This document shows positions 39,128 to 49,108 of a stretch of DNA of 64,000 nt, one piece after another (the first letter of the stretch is position 1; the number at the start of each line of letters is the position of its first letter). The notes below the pieces were generated by a model. That model was not told the origin of the DNA. It was given only the letters and a program-made list of their open reading frames with translations, and did not search any database. The translations under genes were made by a program, and so were the position numbers. Location: NCBI GenBank assembly GCA_963422375.2, contig OY729428.2, forward strand, positions 1,600,001 to 1,664,000, read 5' to 3'. This stretch comes from Bryobacterales bacterium. GTDB lineage: Bacteria > Acidobacteriota > Terriglobia > Bryobacterales > UBA6623.

Positions 39128-40114
39128 CTAGGAGGGAGGCGGCTGGGAGTCGCCGGGCACGTCGATCGATTCTACGGTCAACTCCCGAATCTCGTCGATC
39201 CTGTATTGCACCGCCTGGCCGCTGTCATTGCGCACGGACAGCGCGTACTCGACCTGCACGCGCTGCGAAGAGATCAGCAAGCCGCCTCGATTGACGGTGG
39301 TCTCGGAGCTGCCCCTGACGCTTGCGCTCCCGTGGTTCGCCGGAAGCGTCGGGACGAGCGCGCCCTTGGCAGCCGCAAGGGTCGACTCGTCGACTCCCTG
39401 AGGGGCCGCGACGAGGGCCACGGGGTCGCTGTTGAAGCGCCTTGAGACGCTGAGAACGGCGCTCTGTGGCGCGGAACGGCTCAGCGTGGCGACGGAGTAG
39501 ACCACCGCGCGGCCGCCATAAGGCAGGTCGTGCAATGCCGCCGACGCACGCGGCTGGTCGACGGTGAAGGTCTCCCCTAGCAGGCCGTCGTAGGTCAGCT
39601 CGTATTCGCGCCGGTCCTGCCGGGCGAGTGAATCCAAGTTGAGCAGGCGCGAAATGCTCGACGCGACTTGGTCGGGCAGTCTCGTACGCATCGCTTCCGG
39701 CAGCCGCTCGTACCCATGCACCTTGTGCAGCCGGCCCTGCTTGTCGAGCTGGTAGGTCAAGTCCAGATCCCGCATGGAGGCGTGAACGGGGCTCCCGACG
39801 GGAGTGCCGTCGCTCTTGAGCGTTTGCGAGACGAGGCGAGTGAGATTGGAGAACCCGGTGTCGGTGCAGGCGACAAGAACCCGGCTGACACGCTCCCGGA
39901 CGTCCGTCACGGGCGGCTGGCCCTCCACGGCGGTCTCGCGTCGCAGCGTTTCGGTAACCTCAAACAGCGACCCGTTCTCCGGAGCGTAGACGAGCTCGAC
40001 GGATCCGGCAGCCTCGGCGAGGACCCCGGCCTGAGGCGAGGCCGCCCCGGAGAACAGCAGCAGGAAGCACGGCAGCAGGGCCAGCCTGCGGAGAGTTGGT
40101 TGCATCGTGGTCAT
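39128..40114 (-). CDS. Hypothetical secreted protein
   Basis: Signal-peptide-like N-terminus, GGAG RBS, coding-like composition. Confidence 0.7.
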   Translation of the reverse strand: MTTMQPTLRRLALLPCFLLLFSGAASPQAGVLAEAAGSVELVYAPENGSLFEVTETLRRETAVEGQPPVTDVRERVSRVLVACTDTGFSNLTRLVSQTLKSDGTPVGSPVHASMRDLDLTYQLDKQGRLHKVHGYERLPEAMRTRLPDQVASSISRLLNLDSLARQDRREYELTYDGLLGETFTVDQPRASAALHDLPYGGRAVVYSVATLSRSAPQSAVLSVSRRFNSDPVALVAAPQGVDESTLAAAKGALVPTLPANHGSASVRGSSETTVNRGGLLISSQRVQVEYALSVRNDSGQAVQYRIDEIRELTVESIDVPGDSQPPPS

Positions 40115-40199
40115 CGCGCTATCTCCCAAGTCCGCTGCGTCGTCTGCTCCGGACTGAACTCCGCTGGCAACTCTGGCCCTCGCGCCGACTGCACTCTGC

Positions 40200-41420
40200 C
40201 TAGAAAGTCTTGCCGTCGTTGAGGGTGAGCCGGAAGGGCTCCCTGCGCAGGCCGGCGGCCACGCCCTCGACGGTGAGCATGGTGCCCCTGCGCACGCCAG
40301 TCCGGCGACGGTTCTCCAGGTTGAGAACCACCTCGGTCGATCCGCCTGGCTCGCTTGTCAGGTTGATGGTCGCGGGCCGCTCGGGGGGCGCGGCGGAGAC
40401 GACGTAAAGGCGCATCCTAGGCGACAGCGCCCCGTTGAGGCGCCCCCATGTCGTGGCCCCGTCCGGGCCGACCAGCGCTGTCCTTAGATCCTTGAACCTC
40501 CAGAGGAGCGGATTCTCCTTGCGGGACTTCTGCTCCGCCTCGAACTTGAGCTGATCTGTCGACTTGAGCTCGATCCGCTCGGTCGGCAGGGCGCTGGCCT
40601 TGGCCATCTCCTCGAACCTAGGCCAGTAGAGCTCGAAACTCTCATCGCCGTAGTTCTTCTTCAGCAGATTCTGGACGTACTCGAGCACCTGCGCCCGGCC
40701 CTCGGCGGTCATGGCACCCGGGCCGTCGTACAGCGCGGCCCTCGCGAAGGCGAAGAACGCGATGTCGTACTTGGAGGCATCATTCTGCGCCAGCACGACC
40801 TGGCCGAGCCAGTACGACACTTGCCCGCGGGAGGGATCGATCCCGAGTACCTTCCCGAGCGAAACCTCGGCTCCGGCGTTGTCCTTGTTCTGCATCTGCC
40901 CCCAGCCGATCGTCTGGTGGGCGGCCGCCTCGGCCTGCTGGCGAGCGTTGTCCCATGCATCCTGGGCGACTGTGTCAGGCTTGGTGCCGAACTGGGCCGG
41001 CAGGGCCTGCAGCAGGGCCTTCGCCGCCTTGGTGCTGTCCGCCACGATCTGGGCATCACCGGTGCCTAGGTTGGGGCTGAAGAGAGTGATGACGTAGTTC
41101 GCCGTGAAGTCACCTGGGACCTTGGCTAGCAGCTCCTTGGCTGCCTCCACCGCCTCGGCTGTCTTGCCGGTCTTCTGGTAGCTGTCGAGATAGAACCGAG
41201 TTCGCTCCAAGTGGTAGTCCGTCTCGGGGTACTTCTGCTTCCACTCGTCCAACAGTGCCAGCTTCTTGGTCGAGTCCGCCTCAGCGTAAACCTTGCTGAT
41301 GATGTCGTACTCCGCCCGGTCCTTGTACTCCTTCTTCTGCGGATTCGGGACGGCGACTGTGGCGACCATTAGCAGCAGGCACGCTGCGAGCGCGGATTGC
41401 GTAGCTTGTCTCAGATTCAT
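40200..41420 (-). CDS. Secreted TPR-like helical protein
   Basis: Signal peptide, KLALLDEWKQKYP, TPR-like YWLG repeat; strong codon bias. Confidence 0.82.
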   Translation of the reverse strand: MNLRQATQSALAACLLLMVATVAVPNPQKKEYKDRAEYDIISKVYAEADSTKKLALLDEWKQKYPETDYHLERTRFYLDSYQKTGKTAEAVEAAKELLAKVPGDFTANYVITLFSPNLGTGDAQIVADSTKAAKALLQALPAQFGTKPDTVAQDAWDNARQQAEAAAHQTIGWGQMQNKDNAGAEVSLGKVLGIDPSRGQVSYWLGQVVLAQNDASKYDIAFFAFARAALYDGPGAMTAEGRAQVLEYVQNLLKKNYGDESFELYWPRFEEMAKASALPTERIELKSTDQLKFEAEQKSRKENPLLWRFKDLRTALVGPDGATTWGRLNGALSPRMRLYVVSAAPPERPATINLTSEPGGSTEVVLNLENRRRTGVRRGTMLTVEGVAAGLRREPFRLTLNDGKTF

Positions 41421-43156
41421 TCTGAACTCCCGGAGCGTCCTCCGACGCGTGTGAGCAACCATAGCGCGAAGCCGCGAGGCATGCGAACGCTGCCGCATGC
41501 GACGCCGGCGATGCGCCGTACATTAGAGCGAGTATAGGACAACTGGGGCGGCGGGTGCAACACGTGCGAGCGAGACCCCTGCCCGCGGCGGGCGGTGAGC
41601 GTGGCGGAGACCGTCTGCGCAGGATTCCCCCGGCCAGACAAGAGTGTTCCGTGCATCCAGTGTTCCGCCAGTCCGGCGCGCAGGTCGTTGGCAAGCTTGG
41701 CTCGCACGCAGGGACCGCGCGTGCCGGTCGACTCCGGGGCCCGCAGCAGCATCGCCGGCGACCCGGGCTTCCGGGGCCCGGACGGTTCGGGCGGCGTCCC
41801 GGACGCGGCCCCGGCGCTTGCGCGGCGTTCGACCCGGCGGGGAAGACCGTCGGCTCGACCAGGTGGCGCCCGCTCCGAACCGGGCGGCAATGCTCGATTG
41901 GCGCGAATCCAGGTGCAGGAGACACCGGCCCTTGTCGGTGGAGGCCGAACGGGGAGCTAGCCTGAATCGACCCGCGGTCCTGCGACGACCGTCGTTGGAG
42001 GCCCTCGCGCCATATCCGTCCGCTATTGAATCCCCGCACAGCCTCCAGCCGTGCCAAGCGGACGCTTCGAGCTCCGAGCCCGGGCGTGGAATGGCTGGTG
42101 CATTGCGCGCCGCCAGGTGCTGGCGGCGGCGGACCGAGCCGAGGCCGGCTTGCTTCGGCCGCGACAGCCGTGAACCCGTCGGCCGTCCCCTGCGATCCCG
42201 CATCGAGTCCGGGGCACTAGCCGCACCCGGGCGGACGCCGTAGGGCCGGAACGCATAGGATGGCTCGGCTCTCGGCTCCGCTCGACCGAGTGCAGGGCCG
42301 GCATGAGGGGTTGATCTAGCCGGGCGGGGCTTGGCCGCGTCGACGTCAGAAGCGGGAACTCTGGGTCATCCGGATTCGACGGTGCAACGGCGGCCCTCGC
42401 CCTTTCGCTGCGATCCGTGTCGTGGTGGAGCGATGCCAATCGAGTCAGGCCTGCGCGGCCTACCGCTTGCCTGCCGTGCTACGTGCCGTCGGCGTCGGAT
42501 TCGCCGACGGCGTCGCGGACGGCCTGCTGTAACCTGGCGAAGCAGATCCCTGCGTCCCGCCGGCCCCCAGGCGGCCACCCGGCGGTCGGAAGCTCAGCCT
42601 TGAGAAGCGGAGCTCCGCCCGCTAGGGCGGCGGCCGGGACAGGAGATTGGGATTGGGTCCGCCGGAGCGACATAACGGCAATCGAGCGCAACACGCGCGG
42701 CGAAATTGTCGAAGCAACTGGACGGGAGCGTTGCTGCCCTCCGGGATCGAGCGCGCGAGAGCGTCCTGCCGCGGCATGCAATTGCTCCGAGCCGAGCCGT
42801 CAACCAATGCTCTCCGTCCGATATCTTTTATCCAGCCGAGCCGATCGAGAGTGCAAGAAAGTGCGCTGCAAGCACCGTTTCGATCTCCAACTCTTCGGTT
42901 GCGAGACGAATCGGAGCCGCTGCAGGCAGGGCTAGAGTCGTCAGTGGCGTCACCACGAATGGATCTGCCGCCACCCGTGCCTACGCTTCAACCGACTCGG
43001 GTGCGACGGCATCCGCGGTAGCTACACGCTTCCCATTGCCGCTGGGGCGCGACTCAAGTCATGGGTCATTGCGAGGGAAGCCTCTCCAGAGGCTGGGTCG
43101 CTCTCCCTGGGGAATCGAATCGACCACTAGCGCCCGCAATTTTTTTCGAAATGGTG

Positions 43157-43186
43157 TTGACAGGCCAGTTGACTCCCTGCTAGCTT
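43157..43186 (+). promoter_or_regulatory. Strong sigma70-type promoter with upstream A/T tract
   Basis: TTGACA-N18-TAGCTT with extended -10 TG; AATTTTTTT just upstream. Confidence 0.72.
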
Positions 43187-43311
43187 GGTGGGTAGTGCGG
43201 TTCTGGCCAATAGGCAAGCGGGTTCGCTGCACTTCTCTCTCCGTCGGGAATCGAGCCGCCAGATAGCCGGAGGTTCCGAGGCGGAATCACTCGCATAAGG
43301 GACACAACCGA

Positions 43312-43578
43312 ATGGACAACCAAAAAATCGCCGCAATCCTCGAGGAGCTTCGGGAAGAACGCGACCAGGCTTCCAGCGTGATCGACGCCTTGGACAAAGA
43401 GGTCAATCACGCCGAGGCCAATCGAGGAGCTCGCAAGCTCCTGCAGGAGTACGTCGACCGGCGCAACAACATCGACGCGGCCGTTCTGGCGATGGACAAC
43501 CTTGCCAGCGGGAAGCGTCGGGGCCGGCGACCGGGCTGGATCAACGACATCAAGGAGGCCGGCCAAGCGAGCGAATAG
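43312..43578 (+). CDS. Small coiled-coil protein with AT-hook-like KRRGRRPGW tail (candidate nucleoid-associated protein)
   Basis: AAGGGA RBS, own promoter, two amphipathic helices followed by a basic RGR motif. Confidence 0.8.
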   Translation: MDNQKIAAILEELREERDQASSVIDALDKEVNHAEANRGARKLLQEYVDRRNNIDAAVLAMDNLASGKRRGRRPGWINDIKEAGQASE

Positions 43579-43641
43579 GCTCGTCCCGCTCCCCGCGGCG
43601 TCGCTGCCCGTGCTCGGCGCCGCGCGGGATTCGGTTCGGCC

Positions 43642-45978
43642 CTAGTACAGCAGGAACTGTTTTCTGCGGGCAACGAACTCTTCGACTGCCCGTCGCTGGC
43701 TGGCAGCTATCGACCTGAAGTTGAGGCCCTTGGCAAGGCCCTCGGCGACGGCATTGGAGCCGATTAGCTTGACTGACGAGGCGAAGCGCGCCTTGTCGGG
43801 GTACAGCTCTCGCAAGGCTGCGGCGAGAGCCAGTCCAAGGTCAGTGGGCTTGATCGAGTCGCGGTCGGTGATCGTGAACTGGACGCCCTCAATCAGCGTT
43901 CCGGCGAAAACCGACGCTCGCGGGCGCAGCGACCTTGCGTATCCGCGCACTCCCGGAAGCGATTGTCGGCGGATGGCGCGGGCCAGCTCGCTTCCATCAA
44001 TCCAGTCGGCCCCGACGAACTCGAACGGCGTGTCTGTCCCCCTGCCGACGGAGTAGCTGTCGAGCCATTCGAGCATCGCGATTCCGGGATAGAGCGTCGC
44101 TTGGCCGAGGTTGCGGATATTCGGGGAGGGATTGACCCAGGGCAGGCCGGTCTCGTCGAACCACAGATCGCGTCGCCAGCCCCGCATCGGCACGACCTCC
44201 AGCTTGGCCCCGATACCGCGCTCCTCGTTGAACATCCGGGCCAGTTCGCCTGCGGTCATCCCGTGCCGAACCGGCATGCCGTGGTAGCCGACGAAGGACT
44301 CCATTCCCGGTTGAAGCACGGGTCCCTCGACGGCCGTGCCGGTGATCGGATTCGGCCGGTCTAGCACGACGAACTCGATCCCGGATTCTGCGGCCGCCTC
44401 CATGGCGTAGCCCATGGTCGTGGTGTAAGTGTAGAAGCGCGCGCCGACGTCCTGAACGTCGAAGACCAGCGCGTCAAGTTCGCCCAGCAAAGCCGGCGGC
44501 GGGCGCCGCCGCTCGCTCTGGTACAGGCTGTAGACCCGCACGCCAGTGGCGGTATCCGCTCCGTCGTCGATCTCGGGCTGGTCGAGCGTTCCGGCTAGGC
44601 CGTGCTCCGGGGTGAAGATCATTTCGAGACTCACGCCGTCGGCCCGCGCCAGCAAGTCGATATTGCGGCGTCCCAGACGATCAATGCCGGTCTGGTTGGT
44701 GAGCAGACCGACCCGTTTCCCCTGCAGTCGCTCGAAGCCTTCCTCGGCCAGGACATCAAGGCCAGTGCGGACTTCGGCCAAGCCCCGGCGGCTGGCCTGT
44801 GCCGCCTGAAGCGGGGCGGAATCCAGATTCGCCGCTGCGATCGACGCGACTACGCTTCGCAGGCGCACCACCGAGCCCTTGCCTGAGGGATGCACGCGGT
44901 TAGTCATCAGGGCGACGAACGACTGGCTGGACGGATCGATCCAGAGCGAGGGCCCGGTGAACCCGGTGTGACCGTACGACGCCTTCGAGAAGAGATCCCC
45001 GCGCGGAGAGGAATAAGGCGTGTCGATATCCCATCCGATACCGCGGGCGGCCTTGCCTGCCGGGCTCTGCGGCGTTCGCATGCGCCGGACGCCGAGCGGG
45101 CTGAAGATTCGGACGCCGTCGAGCTCACCGCCGTTGAGCATCATGCGGGCAAACCGAGCCACGTCCCGCGCCGTCGAGAAGACGCCCGCGTGGCCGCCGA
45201 CCCCGCCCATCGTGCGAGCGGTCGGGTCGTGGACGACTCCGCGCAGCACCGTGCCGTCCCCCAGCCTCTCGGTGGGGGCGATGCGCGGCCTGAGGGCGGT
45301 CGGGGGCCGGTACATCGTGTCGGTCATGCCGAGCGGCTCGAAGACGCGCTCCCTCGCGAAGCGGTCAATGGTCATTCCGCTTACCTTGCGGACGATTTCG
45401 GCCAGCAGGATGTAGTTGATGTCGCTGTAGACGAACTTGGAGCCGGGCGGGCGGGCCGGCGTCTCGCGCAAGGCGAGGTTCACTCCCGTCTCGTAGCCCG
45501 TCCAGCCCGGCTCGAGCGCAAGGCTCGGACGCAGGCCCGAATAATGCGTGAGCAGCTGGATTACGTTGATTCGAGTCGGCGCGCCGAAGGCGGGCAGGTA
45601 CGTCTTGACGGAGTCATCGAGGCGGATCTTGCCCTCCTCGACCAACATCATGATCGCGGGAGCGGTGGCCATCACCTTCGTCAGCGACGCGCAGTCGAAA
45701 ATCGTATCTAGGGTCATCGCCTCGCGGGCGGGCTCGACGCTCCGGGCCCCGTAGCTCTCGAAGTGCAGCCGCTCGCCCCGAGACTCGATCCACGCCACCG
45801 CCCCCGGTGTCAATCCGCGACCGATGGCTTCGTTGATCGCGCTATCGAGTCTCTCTGCGCCGGGCCATTCGGCCGCTCGCACCGGGCCGTGGGCCAACGC
45901 CAGCACGGCCGCGGCGGTGGCAATCGCGTACGGCCAAGCGACCGTCCGGCAGCGTCGCGGAGATCCCTGATTCGGCAC
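43642..45978 (-). CDS. Serine hydrolase (beta-lactamase fold) fused to DUF1343/NamZ exo-N-acetylmuramidase
   Basis: ASLTK, YSD, GHTG, then GLLTNQTG, PEHG, QDVGARFYTY, LDRPNP, RHGMT, PSPN, SVGRGT. Confidence 0.92.
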   Translation of the reverse strand: MPNQGSPRRCRTVAWPYAIATAAAVLALAHGPVRAAEWPGAERLDSAINEAIGRGLTPGAVAWIESRGERLHFESYGARSVEPAREAMTLDTIFDCASLTKVMATAPAIMMLVEEGKIRLDDSVKTYLPAFGAPTRINVIQLLTHYSGLRPSLALEPGWTGYETGVNLALRETPARPPGSKFVYSDINYILLAEIVRKVSGMTIDRFARERVFEPLGMTDTMYRPPTALRPRIAPTERLGDGTVLRGVVHDPTARTMGGVGGHAGVFSTARDVARFARMMLNGGELDGVRIFSPLGVRRMRTPQSPAGKAARGIGWDIDTPYSSPRGDLFSKASYGHTGFTGPSLWIDPSSQSFVALMTNRVHPSGKGSVVRLRSVVASIAAANLDSAPLQAAQASRRGLAEVRTGLDVLAEEGFERLQGKRVGLLTNQTGIDRLGRRNIDLLARADGVSLEMIFTPEHGLAGTLDQPEIDDGADTATGVRVYSLYQSERRRPPPALLGELDALVFDVQDVGARFYTYTTTMGYAMEAAAESGIEFVVLDRPNPITGTAVEGPVLQPGMESFVGYHGMPVRHGMTAGELARMFNEERGIGAKLEVVPMRGWRRDLWFDETGLPWVNPSPNIRNLGQATLYPGIAMLEWLDSYSVGRGTDTPFEFVGADWIDGSELARAIRRQSLPGVRGYARSLRPRASVFAGTLIEGVQFTITDRDSIKPTDLGLALAAALRELYPDKARFASSVKLIGSNAVAEGLAKGLNFRSIAASQRRAVEEFVARRKQFLLY

Positions 45979-46160
45979 CGGGCCATCGTAGCATCGCCTC
46001 GTTCCGGCTCGGTTCCCGCTCGGCGGGGGTGCTCGCACGGCCGGGACGCGCGACGTGCAATACTGGGATATCCGCCTCGGCAGGCAGTCGCGAGCTCGCG
46101 GCGTTCCGCTCGCGCGCCTGCCCGGAGTTCCCGTGATTCGCGGCCCTCGTCGCTTCTGAA

Positions 46161-47453
46161 ATGCTGGACCGCGGGCACTTGCGCCGTCACTTCGATTCCG
46201 TAAAGGCGCGCCTCGAGCACCGCGTCGACGCGGCGGTTCTCGATGACGTCGCGGACACCGAGGCGAGGCGCCGGGCCGCCGTCGCCCAGCTTCAGGCGCT
46301 GCAAGAGCAGAGGAACGAACTCAGCGCTCGCGTCGCCCGCGCCCGGCGCGCCGGGCAGGACGCCTTGGACATCGTCAAGGAGGCGCGACAAGTCCACGAC
46401 CGCATTCGCGAGCGGGAGTCTTCGGTTCAGGCTCTGGACCAGGCACTCGAGGACGTGCTGAGCCGCGTCCCCAACCTCCCTCACGAGACCGTTCCGCCGG
46501 GCCCGGACGAGACCGCCAACGTCGAGCTCGGCCGTTGGGGCGAGCCTCCGGAATTCCCGTTCGAGCCGAAGCCGCACTGGGACGTTGGCGCGGATCTCGG
46601 CATCGTGGACTTCGAGCGTGCGGCCAAGCTGGCCGGCTCGCGTTTCGCCGTCTATCGCAACGCCGGGGCGCAGCTGGAGCGGGCGCTGATGAACTTCATG
46701 CTGGATGTCCATACGCGCCAGCACGGCTACTGCGAGATCCTACCCCCGTTCATAGCCAATTCCCGCTGCCTCTTCGGGACGGGCCAGCTGCCCAAGTTTG
46801 CCGACGACCTGTTCAAGATCCAAGACACCGATTACTGGCTCGTTCCGACTGCCGAAGTGCCGCTGACCAACCTGTACGCGGGCGAGACGATTTCGGCCGA
46901 CGACCTGCCGATATCGCTGACCGCGTTCACTCCCTGCTTTCGCAGAGAAGCGGGTTCGTACGGCCGGGACGTGCGAGGGGTGATCCGCCAGCACCAGTTC
47001 CAGAAAGTCGAGCTGGTGAAGCTTGCCCGGCCGGAGACCAGCTACGAGGAATTGGAGCGGCTCACTTCGGATGCCGAGGACATTCTCCGCCGGCTCGAGC
47101 TGCCGTACAGGAAGATGCTCCTGTCGAGCGGCGACATGGGTTTCAGCGCGGCAATGACGTACGACCTCGAGGTCTGGCTCCCCGGCCTGGGCGAGTACAA
47201 GGAGATTTCGTCCTGCAGCAACTTCGAGGCATTCCAAGCCCGCAGGGCCCGTATCCGTTACCGGCGCCGCGAGGGCGGCAAGGGCAAGCTGGACCACGTT
47301 CACACGCTCAACGGCAGCGGCCTGGCGATCGGCCGCACGTGGCTCGCGATTGTCGAGAACTACCAGCGAGCTGACGGAACGGTCGTCATTCCCACGGCGC
47401 TGCGCGGCTATCTTGACGCCGAACGCATCGATTCTTCCGGGAGCTTGGCCTGA
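46161..47453 (+). CDS. serS: Serine--tRNA ligase
   Basis: MLD start, [36 protein letters not shown]. Confidence 0.98.
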   Translation: MLDRGHLRRHFDSVKARLEHRVDAAVLDDVADTEARRRAAVAQLQALQEQRNELSARVARARRAGQDALDIVKEARQVHDRIRERESSVQALDQALEDVLSRVPNLPHETVPPGPDETANVELGRWGEPPEFPFEPKPHWDVGADLGIVDFERAAKLAGSRFAVYRNAGAQLERALMNFMLDVHTRQHGYCEILPPFIANSRCLFGTGQLPKFADDLFKIQDTDYWLVPTAEVPLTNLYAGETISADDLPISLTAFTPCFRREAGSYGRDVRGVIRQHQFQKVELVKLARPETSYEELERLTSDAEDILRRLELPYRKMLLSSGDMGFSAAMTYDLEVWLPGLGEYKEISSCSNFEAFQARRARIRYRRREGGKGKLDHVHTLNGSGLAIGRTWLAIVENYQRADGTVVIPTALRGYLDAERIDSSGSLA

Positions 47454-47483
47454 GCGCCGCGCCGTCGCGCCGCCTAGTCAGCG

Positions 47484-48218
47484 TCACGAATAGCGCCCCC
47501 TCCAGTCGTTCCATCTCACTCGCCACACGTCCGCGAACGCGCCCAAGCCTTCCGCCAGCCCGACCGAGGATCCCTCCGCGTCGTTCCAGCGGACCGGCAC
47601 TTCGGCGACCGTCAGGCCCAGTTTCCGCGCTAGGTAGAGCTGTTCCACGTCGAATCCGAATCGCTCCAAGCGCTGCCTCGCGGCGATTTCCCGCGCCGCG
47701 CTCAGGCTGAAGAGCTTGAATCCGCACTGCGTGTCGGCGATGTCCAGCCCCGTGAGCAGCCGGACGCTCAAGTTGAACGCACGTCCGACTACTTCCCGGT
47801 AAACCGGCTGGCGGACGCCGATCAGCGCCCGGTTGATTGCTCGCGATCCGATCGCGACTGCGTGGCCGTCCTTGGCCGCAGACAGCAGTCCTTCCAATTC
47901 GGTGATCGGTGCCGACAGGTCGGCGTCGGTGAACAGCACCCAGTCCTTGCGGGCCGCGAGCATGCCGCGCCGCACGCTGAAGCCCTTGCCGCGATTGCGC
48001 TCGTTCGTGAGAACGCGCAGAGTCGCTCTCCCGCGTTCGATCTCGGCCGTCTCGTCCAAGGCGCGTCGCCCCGTGTCGTCCGACGAGCCGTCGTCGACCA
48101 CGATTACCTCGGCGCTGTCGAGAGGCTCGCCGGCTAGGTGGCGCCCGATGCTGCGCAGCGTCGCCGGAAGGCGAAGCGCCTCGTTGTAGGCGGGGATGAC
48201 AACGCTCAGCGAAGGCAC
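47484..48218 (-). CDS. GT2 glycosyltransferase (polyprenyl-phosphate glucosyltransferase-like)
   Basis: VVIPAYNE, VDDGS, NRGKG, FTDADL, DTQCGFK, FDVE. Confidence 0.93.
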   Translation of the reverse strand: MPSLSVVIPAYNEALRLPATLRSIGRHLAGEPLDSAEVIVVDDGSSDDTGRRALDETAEIERGRATLRVLTNERNRGKGFSVRRGMLAARKDWVLFTDADLSAPITELEGLLSAAKDGHAVAIGSRAINRALIGVRQPVYREVVGRAFNLSVRLLTGLDIADTQCGFKLFSLSAAREIAARQRLERFGFDVEQLYLARKLGLTVAEVPVRWNDAEGSSVGLAEGLGAFADVWRVRWNDWRGRYS

Positions 48219-48227
48219 GGCCGCAGG

Positions 48228-48983
48228 CTAGACCCGGCCGTCCGGCCGTCGCGCGCGAATCGCGCGGCGCATGAGACGCGCGTAGAACGAACGGCACTCC
48301 GCCAGCAGCGGCGCCAGCTCGCTTGGGAGCGGATCGGCCTTGGGCCGGTAAGGCTGGAAGCCAGTGGTCCGATGCACGTTCCGGTACCAGTCAGCGGCCC
48401 AGACCCCGTCGCACGGCTTGGGGCCCTGCGGCCACCGGAGCATGGCCGGGTCGAAAGCGATGCCCAAGCGGCCGCAGAGCGCGCCGAGCGTCCCCGCGGG
48501 ATCGACCAGCAGGTCGCGCGAGTCGACGACAGGCGGCTCTTGGCCCCAGCTCTCGAGCAGCTCGATCAATTCGCACTGGCGGGCGAAGCCGGTGTCGCGC
48601 AGCGTCGGAAGTCCGATTCGAAGCCGCAGCGAGGGGAGCACCTGCTCCGGATCGCGCGTCAGGAAGACGTTCAGCGTTTGGCGCATGAACTCAAGGTCGA
48701 GACGGACCAGATGGTGCGCCATCTGCTTGAAGAACACGACGGGCTTGCGGGCGGGTCCGAGAATCACCTCTTCCACCACGCGCCCGCCGTCTTGGTCCTG
48801 AGCCGCCAGGCAGAGCTCGCGCAGCGGGTGCCGTGCGCCCGACACGCGCAGGAAATGGGCGTACAGGGGCTCGTCTACGACCTCGGTGTCTGTGCGCTGC
48901 GCGAACGAATACATCAGGGCGGTCGAGACGTTCCGAGGGCCTGACCAGAGGCACACCCGCTTGGTTTCACCGGCAGTGGCCAT
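48228..48983 (-). CDS. Sulfotransferase-like P-loop protein
   Basis: WSGPRNVSTALMYSF, DEPLY, KQMAHH, DGVWA..WY. Confidence 0.85.
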   Translation of the reverse strand: MATAGETKRVCLWSGPRNVSTALMYSFAQRTDTEVVDEPLYAHFLRVSGARHPLRELCLAAQDQDGGRVVEEVILGPARKPVVFFKQMAHHLVRLDLEFMRQTLNVFLTRDPEQVLPSLRLRIGLPTLRDTGFARQCELIELLESWGQEPPVVDSRDLLVDPAGTLGALCGRLGIAFDPAMLRWPQGPKPCDGVWAADWYRNVHRTTGFQPYRPKADPLPSELAPLLAECRSFYARLMRRAIRARRPDGRV

Positions 48984-49108
48984 GCACGGACAGGCGGCGG
49001 GCCCGGCGCCGCGAACGCGGCCGGTCGCCTCTCCGAGCGCCGACCAGCCCAACATTCTTGCACGGTCGACCGGCCATCCGGGACCCCGGCCTCTGCCATG
49101 ATGAGCTC

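Noticed and set aside
42360..42760. GGATTCGACGG resembling a tmRNA 5' end
   Set aside because: No matching acceptor stem, T-arm or CCA end downstream, and no tag ORF.
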